Shown: positions 29,675 through 40,825, counted from the first letter of the stretch. The stretch is DNA of 64,000 nt from Spirochaetia bacterium (GCA_965208575.1 CBDBOV010000004.1:480001-544000), one strand, 5' to 3'. Numbers and translations are program-made. The notes: generated by a model from the sequence alone, not told the origin.

Positions 29675-31209
29675 GGGGTGCATTCCGTCAGTGTGGTAGC
29701 GGTCAGGCAGCCTCAAGCTGGATCTGGTTGGATTCTGGGGTGGGCGATGAGGGCAACAGGCTCTCGAAATCGTCCCAGAAGCGACGGCTCTTCGCCGAAG
29801 CGCGGAGCTGAAGCATCTCCTTGGCTCCGTCCAGCGACCAAGTCATCCCACTCTGCTTCATGCGCTTGGCGACGACGTTCTTGCAGGCTCCCTCGACTAT
29901 ACCGCTGCCGATCGGCAGACCGCACGATCGATACAGCGGGTAGTCCATGCGGTGCTGGTTGGCCGTGAAGTAGTTGATCTCGCCCTGGAGGTCGTAGCAC
30001 TGCTTCTCGCTGTAGCGGCCACTGACGTGCAGTTCCTGCAGTTCCTTGATTACGGCGGCGACGCAGCCCTTGCGCAGCAGGCTGCGCCAGCGCTTGAAGG
30101 ATCTCTTGAACTGCTCGCTGCCCTCGCCGTACAACACCTTGCCGATCTTCCCCAAGTGGTCGCAGGCATGCCAGAAATCGAGGATGTGCCAGACCTTCTG
30201 CCCGGGTTCGGACAGCTGGGAGACCCGGTCCCATATCCAATGCGCTCCATCGCCCAGAATCACCAGCACCAGCGCTGCCAGGTGAGCGCTGCGCCGGCTC
30301 ATTTCCACCTCGATCCGGGGAAAGAACTCATCAGCATGCTCGATCCCGGTGACACAGGAGGTCTTGGTGCAGTGCGCTGCACCCTCCCGGTCCACCTTCA
30401 CCGCTGATACCGTCGCTACCTTGGAGTCCCGAAACACGCGATCGTAACTCTTTTTCCCATCTTCAGTTACCCGCTCGTTCGCGCGTGTCGCCACCTTCCC
30501 CGCGTCGATGCCCACGACCATCGTCCCGGTGATCTCTTCGCGCACCGCCACCGGCTCGTCGGCACGCTCGACAATCTCCCGCTGGCGTTGCTCCGCCAAC
30601 CCGTCAGTAACCGCCCGCACCATCTCGAACGCCTTGTTCATCGACACCAGCTCCCGCCCGTCAGGCCGCAACACCTCGTGGAATTGCGCCAGACCCTGCT
30701 CGTAGGACTGCTCGGCGCACCACCGCGCCATGAAGTACTGGCACCCAGGCGTGTACCCGCCCGCGATACCCAGTTGCTCTGTCAGCGGCACCCACCCCTT
30801 GCCACCGCCACCGAGCGGCGCGTAGTAGGCGCGCACCAAGGTGATCACGCCGAACAGCCCATGCAGCGTCTTCCGCCGTCTCCCGACAAAGCGGTACCGA
30901 ACCTCGCCGCGGGTTGCGCGCGCACCGACATACCCATCACCGACTTGCTCACACCAGCGTTGCATCGCTGCACGTCCCGCAGCCACCAGGCACTTCAGCA
31001 TACCGAGCTCCGCGGCGAGCAGATCCCGTGGTCCGCTGCACGGGTTCAGGTCAATCCCGCACCGGGTCTTGCAAAACCGGAGCAACTCCGTTACCAAGGT
31101 CTCACTCATTTTGGTCCCCTCCCAGAGACAGGTCGATGTTTACCACATCACCGAATCTCTGGTCTCTGGGAGGGTTCCTATTCCGCTACCACAGAGAAAG
31201 AATGCACCC
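29675..31209 (-). mobile_element. ISKra4/ISLre2-like (IS256/Mutator-related) element A
   Basis: IR GGGTGCATTC...GTGGTAGCGG / CCGCTACCAC...GAATGCACCC; 8-bp DR GAACTCAC at 29667 and 31210. Confidence 0.88.
29703..31109 (-). CDS. ISKra4/ISLre2-family transposase
   Basis: GDGAHWIW, LDFWHA, PIGSGIVEGACK. Confidence 0.9.
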   Translation of the reverse strand: MSETLVTELLRFCKTRCGIDLNPCSGPRDLLAAELGMLKCLVAAGRAAMQRWCEQVGDGYVGARATRGEVRYRFVGRRRKTLHGLFGVITLVRAYYAPLGGGGKGWVPLTEQLGIAGGYTPGCQYFMARWCAEQSYEQGLAQFHEVLRPDGRELVSMNKAFEMVRAVTDGLAEQRQREIVERADEPVAVREEITGTMVVGIDAGKVATRANERVTEDGKKSYDRVFRDSKVATVSAVKVDREGAAHCTKTSCVTGIEHADEFFPRIEVEMSRRSAHLAALVLVILGDGAHWIWDRVSQLSEPGQKVWHILDFWHACDHLGKIGKVLYGEGSEQFKRSFKRWRSLLRKGCVAAVIKELQELHVSGRYSEKQCYDLQGEINYFTANQHRMDYPLYRSCGLPIGSGIVEGACKNVVAKRMKQSGMTWSLDGAKEMLQLRASAKSRRFWDDFESLLPSSPTPESNQIQLEAA

Positions 31210-31217
31210 GAACTCAC

Positions 31218-32655
31218 GGGTGCGAACGCCGAAAGCGGTAGCAAATCATTGACTCTGAGGCGGAAAAAAGGTCTACCTACCCCACGACACCACACCATGG
31301 GGAGGTAGACCATGAATACGGAAGGACTTATAACGGCCGCCGAGGGCCTTGTCAAGGAGTTGCAAGGGCGCATCAACGGCGGCCGGATGGATCTCCAGGA
31401 GGCGGAAGCCAAGATCCTTGAGATGGTGAACTGGATCGGCGACGAGATGGTGCAGGAAGTGGTAGCCGGACTCGCGGAGCCGACATCCGCCAACCAGATC
31501 ACGGTTGGCGGTGAGGTGGCAGTGTTCGAGCGGGTGCGTAACCTGCGGTTCATCAACCGCTTCGGCGAAGAAGTGGTGCACCCGCGGCGCTGCTACCGGT
31601 ACCGGCACCGGAGCGGAGGCGTGGCGCCGCTGGATGTGAAGCTGGGGATCGACGGGTGCTTCGGATTCTCACCGCTGATGACGTACCTGATCTGCATGCT
31701 GGGCGCGGATGAGTCGTATGCCGGTGCAGCGGCAAAACTGGAGGCGATGCTCGGGTTCAAGGTGAGCTCGACGGCGGTGCAGCGCACTACCGAGAAGACG
31801 GGAGAGCGGATACCCGATACCCCCGACGATCTAATTGATGAGCAGCGTCAGCGGCAGCCATGTTCCCTGATGGTGGTCGAGGTAGACGGAACGACGAGCC
31901 CGCAGATCACGGAGCAGGAAGGGATTACTGGTCTTGCCAGCCTCCGGGCGCCGACCTGTTACAAGGAGTGCAACCTGATAGTCATCGAGAAGCACGATGA
32001 TGGCAAGGTGATCGACCGCTGGACCGGAGGACGCTATGGACCACGCGGTGAGTTTGCCGGCTACGCCGAGCAGGCTGGACTGCGAATGGGCTTCCTGGAC
32101 GCTCCACGAACGCTGTTCCTCGGTGATGGTGCACACCACAACTGGGAACTGCAGCAGACCCACTTCCCCGGCGCGATACCGATCCTGGACTACTACCACG
32201 CGGCTGAGCACCTCGCCGATTACTGCAAGCTGCTGTCTGCTACGCTACGCGATGCCGTCGAGCGCAGCTTGTCCACGATGATGTGGGAAGGCGAGGTGCT
32301 GCAGATGATCCACGAGATGAAGCGTTCACTGTCGAAGGTCACCGATACTGACGAAGCGTGGAAGCAGATCAACTACTTCACGAACAACCAGGACCGTATG
32401 GACTATGCCCGTTACCGCGATCTCGGGTGGCCGATCGGCAGTGGCTTGGTCGAAGGGCAGTGCAAATTGGTTGTCGGTCGACGCTTCAAGGGCAACGGGA
32501 TGAGATGGCGACCGCACGACAACCGCTGCGTGCTACGCACCCGTCTGGCTCTGCTCAACGGCGACCTCAAGCGCTATTTCAGTCCTCCTGACGACTGCGA
32601 GATCAAAGCGGCCTGATCGTGTCAACCCCTGTTACCGCTTTTGGCATTGGCACCC
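31218..32655 (+). mobile_element. ISKra4/ISLre2-like element B, copy 1
   Basis: IR GGGTGCGAACGCCGAAAGCGGTA / TACCGCTTTTGGCATTGGCACCC; DR GAACTCAC at 31210 and 32656. Confidence 0.88.
31312..32616 (+). CDS. ISKra4/ISLre2-family transposase
   Basis: GDGAHHNW, LDYYHA, PIGSGLVEGQCK. Confidence 0.9.
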   Translation: MNTEGLITAAEGLVKELQGRINGGRMDLQEAEAKILEMVNWIGDEMVQEVVAGLAEPTSANQITVGGEVAVFERVRNLRFINRFGEEVVHPRRCYRYRHRSGGVAPLDVKLGIDGCFGFSPLMTYLICMLGADESYAGAAAKLEAMLGFKVSSTAVQRTTEKTGERIPDTPDDLIDEQRQRQPCSLMVVEVDGTTSPQITEQEGITGLASLRAPTCYKECNLIVIEKHDDGKVIDRWTGGRYGPRGEFAGYAEQAGLRMGFLDAPRTLFLGDGAHHNWELQQTHFPGAIPILDYYHAAEHLADYCKLLSATLRDAVERSLSTMMWEGEVLQMIHEMKRSLSKVTDTDEAWKQINYFTNNQDRMDYARYRDLGWPIGSGLVEGQCKLVVGRRFKGNGMRWRPHDNRCVLRTRLALLNGDLKRYFSPPDDCEIKAA

Positions 32656-32663
32656 GAACTCAC

Positions 32664-34102
32664 GGGTGCGAACGCCGAAAGCGGTAGCAAATCATTGACT
32701 CTGAGGCGGAAAAAAGGTCTACCTACCCCACGACACCACACCATGGGGAGGTAGACCATGAATACGGAAGGACTTATAACGGCCGCCGAGGGCCTTGTCA
32801 AGGAGTTGCAAGGGCGCATCAACGGCGGCCGGATGGATCTCCAGGAGGCGGAAGCCAAGATCCTTGAGATGGTGAACTGGATCGGCGACGAGATGGTGCA
32901 GGAAGTGGTAGCCGGACTCGCGGAGCCGACATCCGCCAACCAGATCACGGTTGGCGGTGAGGTGGCAGTGTTCGAGCGGGTGCGTAACCTGCGGTTCATC
33001 AACCGCTTCGGCGAAGAAGTGGTGCACCCGCGGCGCTGCTACCGGTACCGGCACCGGAGCGGAGGCGTGGCGCCGCTGGATGTGAAGCTGGGGATCGACG
33101 GGTGCTTCGGATTCTCACCGCTGATGACGTACCTGATCTGCATGCTGGGCGCGGATGAGTCGTATGCCGGTGCAGCGGCAAAACTGGAGGCGATGCTCGG
33201 GTTCAAGGTGAGCTCGACGGCGGTGCAGCGCACTACCGAGAAGACGGGAGAGCGGATACCCGATACCCCCGACGATCTAATTGATGAGCAGCGTCAGCGG
33301 CAGCCATGTTCCCTGATGGTGGTCGAGGTAGACGGAACGACGAGCCCGCAGATCACGGAGCAGGAAGGGATTACTGGTCTTGCCAGCCTCCGGGCGCCGA
33401 CCTGTTACAAGGAGTGCAACCTGATAGTCATCGAGAAGCACGATGATGGCAAGGTGATCGACCGCTGGACCGGAGGACGCTATGGACCACGCGGTGAGTT
33501 TGCCGGCTACGCCGAGCAGGCTGGACTGCGAATGGGCTTCCTGGACGCTCCACGAACGCTGTTCCTCGGTGATGGTGCACACCACAACTGGGAACTGCAG
33601 CAGACCCACTTCCCCGGCGCGATACCGATCCTGGACTACTACCACGCGGCTGAGCACCTCGCCGATTACTGCAAGCTGCTGTCTGCTACGCTACGCGATG
33701 CCGTCGAGCGCAGCTTGTCCACGATGATGTGGGAAGGCGAGGTGCTGCAGATGATCCACGAGATGAAGCGTTCACTGTCGAAGGTCACCGATACTGACGA
33801 AGCGTGGAAGCAGATCAACTACTTCACGAACAACCAGGACCGTATGGACTATGCCCGTTACCGCGATCTCGGGTGGCCGATCGGCAGTGGCTTGGTCGAA
33901 GGGCAGTGCAAATTGGTTGTCGGTCGACGCTTCAAGGGCAACGGGATGAGATGGCGACCGCACGACAACCGCTGCGTGCTACGCACCCGTCTGGCTCTGC
34001 TCAACGGCGACCTCAAGCGCTATTTCAGTCCTCCTGACGACTGCGAGATCAAAGCGGCCTGATCGTGTCAACCCCTGTTACCGCTTTTGGCATTGGCACC
34101 CC
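32664..34102 (+). mobile_element. ISKra4/ISLre2-like element B, copy 2
   Basis: Tandem copy with 1446-bp period; DR GAACTCAC at 34103. Confidence 0.88.
32758..34062 (+). CDS. ISKra4/ISLre2-family transposase, identical copy
   Basis: Identical translation to 31312-32616. Confidence 0.9.
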   Translation: MNTEGLITAAEGLVKELQGRINGGRMDLQEAEAKILEMVNWIGDEMVQEVVAGLAEPTSANQITVGGEVAVFERVRNLRFINRFGEEVVHPRRCYRYRHRSGGVAPLDVKLGIDGCFGFSPLMTYLICMLGADESYAGAAAKLEAMLGFKVSSTAVQRTTEKTGERIPDTPDDLIDEQRQRQPCSLMVVEVDGTTSPQITEQEGITGLASLRAPTCYKECNLIVIEKHDDGKVIDRWTGGRYGPRGEFAGYAEQAGLRMGFLDAPRTLFLGDGAHHNWELQQTHFPGAIPILDYYHAAEHLADYCKLLSATLRDAVERSLSTMMWEGEVLQMIHEMKRSLSKVTDTDEAWKQINYFTNNQDRMDYARYRDLGWPIGSGLVEGQCKLVVGRRFKGNGMRWRPHDNRCVLRTRLALLNGDLKRYFSPPDDCEIKAA

Positions 34103-34509
34103 GAACTCACTCACCAAATCCGGCCGTTCCGGCCGCCCGCCAGCGTCGCCGCCACCGGAGGCGGTGAGGTTGAGGTGACCGCCAACGGGCGACTGCGCTG
34201 ACTGTCATCATGGCGCGTCATCATCGATCCGTCGAACCCCAGGCGAGGCAAGCTTGCTGTGGGCGCGGGTACCCTGTCATTGGGGCCGACCCGTGGGACC
34301 TGTGCGTACGCGGCGGACCGGCAGCCCCGCGGTGTCACGCCGGATGCGCCCACCCGTGGCTCCGTCCTGGCCCCATGGGTGGGCATGCGCCGTCGGCTAC
34401 TCCGGAGTCGCGCCCGGAACGCGCCCGACCAGGTCCACGAGCGTCGGGCTGGGTATGGGCGTGAGCTCACCCGTCAGCCCGAAGCAGCGCCTGGACACCG
34501 CGTCGCGGA

Positions 34510-34900
34510 GGTGGCGCGCTTCGACTACGCCGAGGCGGGTCCGCAACTCCTGCTGCAGTCGTTCCTGCAACGGATCGTGAACAGCGGCGGGCGCATCGAG
34601 CGCGAGTACGGCCTGGGGCGGGGGCGCACCGATCTGCTGATCATCTGGCCGCACCCTGGTGGCGCGGGACCGCACGCCGCGGGCAGATTCGTCATCGAGT
34701 GCAAGGTGCTGCACGGGAGCCTGGAGCGCACGATACGCGAGGGGCTGCTGCAGACCGCCGAATACATGGACCGGTGCGCGGCGCAGGCGGGCCACCTGGT
34801 CATCTTCGACCGCGGCGCAGGCAAGCGGTGGGAGGACAAGATCTTCCGCCGCGACGAACGCACCGATGACCGGCACCAGATCACGGTGTGGGGGATGTGA
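34510..34900 (+). pseudogene. 3' fragment of the AAA/PD-(D/E)XK gene
   Basis: Near-identical to about 17665-18055. Confidence 0.85.
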
Positions 34901-35148
34901 GCAGTATTCGACCGGCAGCCGCCGACGTTCGGCTGACAGTCTCACCCGGCAATATGGGCATTGCTGAGAGTACGAGCCTCCTCCCTCGTTCCCGGTGACC
35001 CACGCATGTGTTGGAGGTCCATGCCGGTGCGACGATTATATTTGATATGTAACACGTGCCTTCAAGGGGCACGAACGAAAGTCGGAAGATAGTTTCCACT
35101 TTACGGAGTTCTATCCTCGACTTAGAATGTGTCCCTGAAGGGCACGAA

Positions 35149-35982
35149 ATGCTCATGAACAGTACACCGCTCAAGACCCTGGGGCCCCAGGCGGCGAAGT
35201 TGTTGACGGCGCTCCACGAACGGAGCCGTGCTGTTTTCCGCCTTGAGGATGTCCGGGACATCACGGGTCTCTCCGAAACCTCCGCGAGGAGCTTCACCCG
35301 CAAGCTCGTGAACCGGGGTGTGGCGGCCCGGCTCAAGTCCGGTCTCTACGTCCTGGTCCCCTTCGAGCTGGGAAGGGAGCGGCACTACCTGGGAAACCCT
35401 CTCGTCGTCGCCCGAGAGATCATGCACGGGGAGGACTACTACCTCTCGCACGCCACCGCCATGGAGATCCACGGCATGACGACCCAGCCCCAACTGGTAG
35501 TCATAGTCAGCACCCTGAAGCCCCGGCGATCCCTGACCGCGCTGGGCGTGGAATTCCGGTTCGTTTGCTGCCGGCACAAGCACCTCTTCGGGCTCACTGA
35601 CCACTGGGCGACCAAGCAGGAGAAAGTGCGCGTGAGCGACCTGGAGAGGACGATTATCGACGGACTCAAGCAGCCCGAGCATTGCGGCGGGCTGACCGAG
35701 GTCGCCAAGGGCCTTTGGATGCGGCGCGAGGACGTGAAGGTCGACCGGCTTGTCCAGTACGCCGAGCGGATCGGTGTCGGCGCCGTCGTGCGCCGGCTGG
35801 GGTTCCTGCTGGAGACCTACGAGATAGCCGCGCCGCCGGATCTGGACCGTGTTCGCGCCGGCTTGACGGCGACCTACGTCCGCCTCGACCCGGTCCTTCC
35901 GGCCGAGGGGAAACACCTGCGCCGCTGGCGCCTTCAACTCAACGTCGATCCCCAAGAGCTCCGCGCCGTCGTGAGGACCTGA
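35149..35982 (+). CDS. Type IV TA antitoxin, AbiEi family
   Basis: N-terminal wHTH, RLKSGLY, YYLSHATAM, SDLERTIID; upstream imperfect palindromes at about 35055-35074 and 35128-35147. Confidence 0.85.
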   Translation: MLMNSTPLKTLGPQAAKLLTALHERSRAVFRLEDVRDITGLSETSARSFTRKLVNRGVAARLKSGLYVLVPFELGRERHYLGNPLVVAREIMHGEDYYLSHATAMEIHGMTTQPQLVVIVSTLKPRRSLTALGVEFRFVCCRHKHLFGLTDHWATKQEKVRVSDLERTIIDGLKQPEHCGGLTEVAKGLWMRREDVKVDRLVQYAERIGVGAVVRRLGFLLETYEIAAPPDLDRVRAGLTATYVRLDPVLPAEGKHLRRWRLQLNVDPQELRAVVRT

Positions 35983-35985
35983 TCC

Positions 35986-36825
35986 ATGATCGCGCAGCGC
36001 GATCTCTCGCTTCTTTCCAACCGACTCGCCCAGCGGGGAGGCCGGCGTATCCCGGAGACCGTCCTGGAGCGCGACTACTGCCTCTCGTGGCTTCTGGTCG
36101 GACTGTCCCGCAGCCCGCTGCGGGAGCGCCTGGCGTTCAAGGGCGGGACCGCGCTCAAGAAGTGCTACTTCGCGGATTACCGGTTCTCGGAGGATCTGGA
36201 CTTCATGTTGACCCAGGAGACGCCGTGGGAGAAGATCGAACGGAACCTGGCGAGGGCGTTCGAGGAGACACGCAGCGTTTCCGGCGTGGAGTTCCGTCTC
36301 GACCACCTCGACCGTCGTGCCCACGAGAACAGCTACACGTTCTACCTGGCCTACGAAGGACCGCTTCCGCGGGCGCGCGGCAAGACCGTCAAGATCGACA
36401 TCACGATCCGGGAGCGCATCGTCCTGCCTCTGGAGGACCGCCCGGTCCTGCGCGGGTACGAGGAGTACCGCGATCTACCCGAGGACGTCCGGGTCCGGGT
36501 CTACTCCCTGAACGAGACGGCACTCGAGAAGATCGTCGCGCTCCTGGACCGGGCCCGGAACGAGCCGCGCGACCTTTACGACCTGTGGTTCCTCACGTCG
36601 GGCGGCCACGTGAACCTGTCCGACTTGGTCAATCCCGTGGCGCAGAAGCTGGAGTTCCGGGGGTTGACACTGGCGCAGGTGGGCAAAGAGTTCACCGCCA
36701 AGGAGGCACGCTACAAGAAGCTGTGGCAGGTCCGCCTCGCGGCGCAGATGGCCGAGCTCCCCGAGTTCAACGCGGTCTACCGCGAGGTCCGGCGCGCCCT
36801 CCGGCAGGGAGGCCTCAGCGGATAA
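35986..36825 (+). CDS. Type IV TA toxin, AbiEii nucleotidyltransferase
   Basis: LERDY, FKGGTALKK, RFSEDLDF, EK..A, RDLYDL. Confidence 0.92.
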   Translation: MIAQRDLSLLSNRLAQRGGRRIPETVLERDYCLSWLLVGLSRSPLRERLAFKGGTALKKCYFADYRFSEDLDFMLTQETPWEKIERNLARAFEETRSVSGVEFRLDHLDRRAHENSYTFYLAYEGPLPRARGKTVKIDITIRERIVLPLEDRPVLRGYEEYRDLPEDVRVRVYSLNETALEKIVALLDRARNEPRDLYDLWFLTSGGHVNLSDLVNPVAQKLEFRGLTLAQVGKEFTAKEARYKKLWQVRLAAQMAELPEFNAVYREVRRALRQGGLSG

Positions 36826-37159
36826 CCGAGTCGCTCACAGGGCGTTCTGCCGCCACCGTACGCTATCTCCATCCCTTGGTCGTTGCAGAACAGGAGTCGC
36901 ACCGACCGGCGAATGTGACATTCCGGAGATTCGGACCCCACCGGACTGCGAAGCGCCGGTGCCACCGTCGGGGTGGCTGTCTCCGGGGCTGCGACGGCGT
37001 CGATTCAGCCGATACCCGGCGGGGATCGCGTCAGCTCGTCCCCCACTCCGCCCACTTGTCCGGGTCGGCCCACTGCTGACCCACCTCGACGAAGCCGCGC
37101 GGAACGCGGACGCCGTGCTCGAACGGATCGCCGGTGGCCTCCATCCAGCGGTGCGCGCG

Positions 37160-37398
37160 CCCTCCGGCGAGACCCTGGTCGACTTCGGCCAGAACCTGGT
37201 GGGCCGGGTGCGCATTCGCTTGGCGGCGGAGCCGGGCACCGAGGTGCCGGCGGGCACTGAAGTGACCGTGCGCCACGCCGAGGTGCTGGAGAACGGCGAG
37301 CTGGGGGTGCGCCCGCTGCGCTCGGCCGAGGCCACCGACCGCTACGTCGCCCGCGGCGGCGGCACCGAGGTGTGGGAGCCGCGCTTCACGTTCCACGG
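37160..37398 (+). pseudogene. Alpha-L-rhamnosidase (GH78) internal fragment
   Basis: VDFGQNLVGRVR...RHAEVL..G.L..RPLRSAEATDRY...WEPRFTFHG. Confidence 0.8.
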
Positions 37399-38070
37399 CG
37401 CGGAGTTGCTCAGGGAGGTGAAGCGCGCCGCGGCGGAGGACGGGAAGCGGCTGTGCGATCTGTTCGCCGAGGCACTTGCCGGATACCCCGCGGAGCGTGC
37501 TCCGGAGCCTCGCCGCGCGATGCAGGCGTATCGCCGCTTCTGCAGCAACCCCATAGGCGGTATGGGCGCGGGCATGGATGATCTGCGCGAGATCGTCGAC
37601 GACGACCTGCTGGCGCGGTGAAGGATACGGACATCGCCGACGGCTCTCGGTGCGTGCTGGGACACTCGAAGCAGGCGACGGCCCTGCTCGCACGGTGTGC
37701 CGAGGGTGCGGTCAGCGGAATCCTCCCGTTCGCAGCGCTCCTGGAGGTGTGCCACAAGCTCATGCTGATCGAAGCGCGCGCCGGGAACAAGATCTCGGGG
37801 TCGAACCCTGCCCGCAAGTTGTCCGCCCAGCCGGAGGTCGTCAAGGGGCTGCATGCCTATCGGGCCAAGGTGGACGCACTGCTCGAGATGGGTATTCGCG
37901 TCGAGGAACATCGCGTGGCGGACTATACTCGTTGCCTGGAGTTGCAATCCGCTTACGGTCTGCTCGCCATCGACTCCGTGATACTCGCCACGGCCCTTGC
38001 AGGTCCGCGCCGATCACCTGGTGACCACCGATTCTGGCTTCGAAGGAATCGACGAATTGAGTGTAGTCAT
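37399..38070 (+). pseudogene. Degenerate RHH antitoxin + PIN toxin pair
   Basis: ELLREVKRAAAEDGKRLCDLFAEAL, then a PIN-like ORF at 37618 (EVCHKLM...YGLLAIDSVILA) lacking the first catalytic D motif. Confidence 0.6.
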
Positions 38071-38522
38071 GGTCGACGACGTAGACGTCCCGGCCACGGT
38101 TCAACACCGGTCCCCGTGACGGTAGCAGGCGTGGTGGCGTGGCGCTTCACGCGGGCGTGAGGCACGTTGGGACTGGCGGGATCGACCGTGAGCTGCCGGC
38201 GGCCGGGGTTCACGACCAGGTCCATGTCTTCCATGGGAACGGACCCCAACAACACTTCGTCGCCGATCACCAGCGCGCCGACGTAGCAGAACCGCTTTCC
38301 GAAGGCGACCTTCAGCGGCCCGACGTAGGGTACGGTCGCCGTCCTGCCGTCCGCGACCGATACCTCCCGCACCGATTCCGTTTCGAGGTCGAGCTGCCGT
38401 GCCACGTGCTCCGGAATGCACAGCATCAGGGCCCCCGTATCAACCAGCGCGTCCACCTGTACCGGTACGAAGTCGGGGCGCCGGGGATTGCTCAATTCCA
38501 GTTCCGCAAATACGTGGCCCAC
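38067..38522 (-). CDS. Clan AA aspartic protease (retropepsin-like)
   Basis: ALVDTGA; VLLGSVPMEDMDLVVNP; GGAGG RBS before GTG 38522. Confidence 0.88.
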   Translation of the reverse strand: MGHVFAELELSNPRRPDFVPVQVDALVDTGALMLCIPEHVARQLDLETESVREVSVADGRTATVPYVGPLKVAFGKRFCYVGALVIGDEVLLGSVPMEDMDLVVNPGRRQLTVDPASPNVPHARVKRHATTPATVTGTGVEPWPGRLRRRP

Positions 38523-38934
38523 GCGTCCTCCCCACTCCCGCAATCATATCATCTCGTTCCCGTGGTTACCTGACTCCCCTGTCGAAGGGCCGCGCCGTCA
38601 TGCGCAACGCTCCCGGCACGCCGCGCAACGACTGGGCGCGTTGACAGCGGCGCCGCGCACAACGGCGTCGATGAAATGCTCCAACGGCCGCGGCAGTGCC
38701 TCCGGCAGGTATGACTGGAACTCCAGGGCTCGCGCTCCGCCAGCCCACGCTGGCACTCGCCAGCGATCATCGCCTTGGTCTCCTCCCAGTCGCTGCCCAG
38801 CGCATCGACGAGCTACCTACTGGGGGTTTGCGGCGGACTGGACCAGGTGGCGGCGAGCATCTCGCCAGCGGTGGATGAAGATCGGGCCCACTACTGTCAG
38901 GACTAATGTGCCCCAAGGCCCCTTGTTCGCGACC

Positions 38935-39720
38935 GACCGTGTCTGCCCACGAACGGACGACGCGTCAGTCGTGTGAAGAGTTTACCTGGTGCCCGGCTTC
39001 CCCGCCGGACTCACCCCGAGGTCAGTGGTGTGTTCCCCGAGCGGCCTGCCGACGGTCGGTGGGGAGCGGGTTCACGGCTCGTGTGGCGTGGCCTCCGACC
39101 TTCGCCACGATGATGCTCAGACCCTGCGATGCCAGTTCGCTGCTTTCAGACTGACCGGTTCGGTCAGCGGGTTCCATGACTCGGCGCTGGTGAGCGTGAT
39201 GGTGCACGTGACTCCGGACGCGCCCAATTCGCCCGCGCCCTCCATGGCGCGGGAACGCCTGTGTCTGTGCGCGCGGCGGACCGCGTCGGACGGGGCCCAC
39301 GAACGGACGACGCGTCAGTCGTGTGACCTGCGCACTTCACCGATTGGTCTGCGGTGCCCGATGATGCGCAGACACTACGATGCCAGGCGCTGCTTCGAGC
39401 TGACCGGCCAGGTCATGCCCATCCACAGCCCGGCGCTCGTCGACTTGGTCGGACGCGTTCCGGGCGCGCCTCCGGAGTAGGACGCGGATGTTACTCCGGA
39501 AGTGCGAAGGTATTGTAAACAGCCGGTGCAGCTCTGACTCGCGCAGTGGATCGAGAATAGCCAACGGGCTCCCAGCCCACGACGTCCCTGTCGCGGGCCG
39601 GGAGCTACATGCCACCCGTGGCGCCAGGGAGGGAGCCACAGGTGGAGGTCACCGCGCATCCGGCGTGACACCGCCCCGGCTGCCGGTCGGCCACGCGAAC
39701 TTCGGTCCCCGCACACCCAC
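38935..39720. repeat. Diverged inverted copy of the cassette-distal module (23165-23615), with a 31-bp direct repeat
   Basis: CCCACGAACGGACGACGCGTCAGTCGTGTGA at about 38946 and 39296; reverse-complement homology to 23165-23385 and 23555-23610. Confidence 0.6.
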
Positions 39721-39904
39721 CGGTCGGCGCGGCGGTAGCGAAGCTGAAGCATGGCGGCGGCGGGGTGATCGAGCGTGAGGAGATCTAGGGCCGACCCGTT
39801 CGCACATTGGCGGGTGGGGTCGGACGGCCGCCATGCGCAGGCGCGCGTGGCCACCTGGGCCGCCGCAGGCGCGCATCCGTACTGGGAGCGCCATAGGCAC
39901 CCAT

Positions 39905-40807
39905 TCACCCCTCGCCGCCCCTGAGCCTGGGGTCGAGGAGGTCCCGCATGGCGTCGCCGAGCATGTTGAGACTGTAAACGGTAATAGTTAGGGCAAGACC
40001 GGGCCAGAGGGCCAGCCATGGCGCCGCCTCCATGTATAGACGCCCTTCCCTGCTGAGCATACCTCCCCAGCTCGGAACCCCGATTGGCAGACCGAATCCG
40101 AGGAAGCTCAGAGAAGCCTCAGACATAATCACCCCCCCGATGTTGATGCTAAATATGACGATTATGGGAGCCGCAATATTGGGCAGGACATGTCGGATAA
40201 GAGTTCTCCATTTTGAGCTGCCAATCGCCGCCGCCGCCTGAAAATAGACTTTCTCTTTGACACCAATCACGGCGCTGCGAACGATTCTTGAGCTGCCGAT
40301 ACCTCCTGATATCCCCAGGACCAAGATGATCTGGAGCAGACCCCGCCCTGATATGCTCATGATGGTTAACAACAAGAGCAGTCCCGGGAAGGCCATCCAG
40401 GCATCGACAAATCTCTGTACGGCCAGGTCAGATTTACCGCCAAGGAATCCTGAGATTCCACCTATCAGGAGAGCGACGACAACATTAATACTGGTCGCCG
40501 CCATGCCGACAATTATGGAAAGACGAGCCCCGTGGATAAGGCGGCTCAATAAGTCTCGCCCCGCGTAGTCGGTACCCAGCAGATGCCGGGCTGATGAGCT
40601 CTGCATCCTGTCTGCCAGGTTTATTTCCGTGTAGCGATAAGGAGCCAGAGCATCAGCGAAGATAGCCACCAGAATCAACATCAATATGATAATCGCGCAG
40701 GCAGTACCCAGTGGCTTCTCCTTCCACAGCCTGATAAAGAAATCAGCCAGCTTGTTACGTCTCTTTGGCTCACCTACTGCTGATGCTATCCCTGTGACAT
40801 TACTCAT
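39905..40807 (-). CDS. ABC permease (OppC-like), cassette 3
   Basis: LGTDYAGRD; GDAMRDLLDPRLRG. Confidence 0.92.
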   Translation of the reverse strand: MSNVTGIASAVGEPKRRNKLADFFIRLWKEKPLGTACAIIILMLILVAIFADALAPYRYTEINLADRMQSSSARHLLGTDYAGRDLLSRLIHGARLSIIVGMAATSINVVVALLIGGISGFLGGKSDLAVQRFVDAWMAFPGLLLLLTIMSISGRGLLQIILVLGISGGIGSSRIVRSAVIGVKEKVYFQAAAAIGSSKWRTLIRHVLPNIAAPIIVIFSINIGGVIMSEASLSFLGFGLPIGVPSWGGMLSREGRLYMEAAPWLALWPGLALTITVYSLNMLGDAMRDLLDPRLRGGEG

Positions 40808-40825
40808 ACTCGTGATTTTTCCCGT

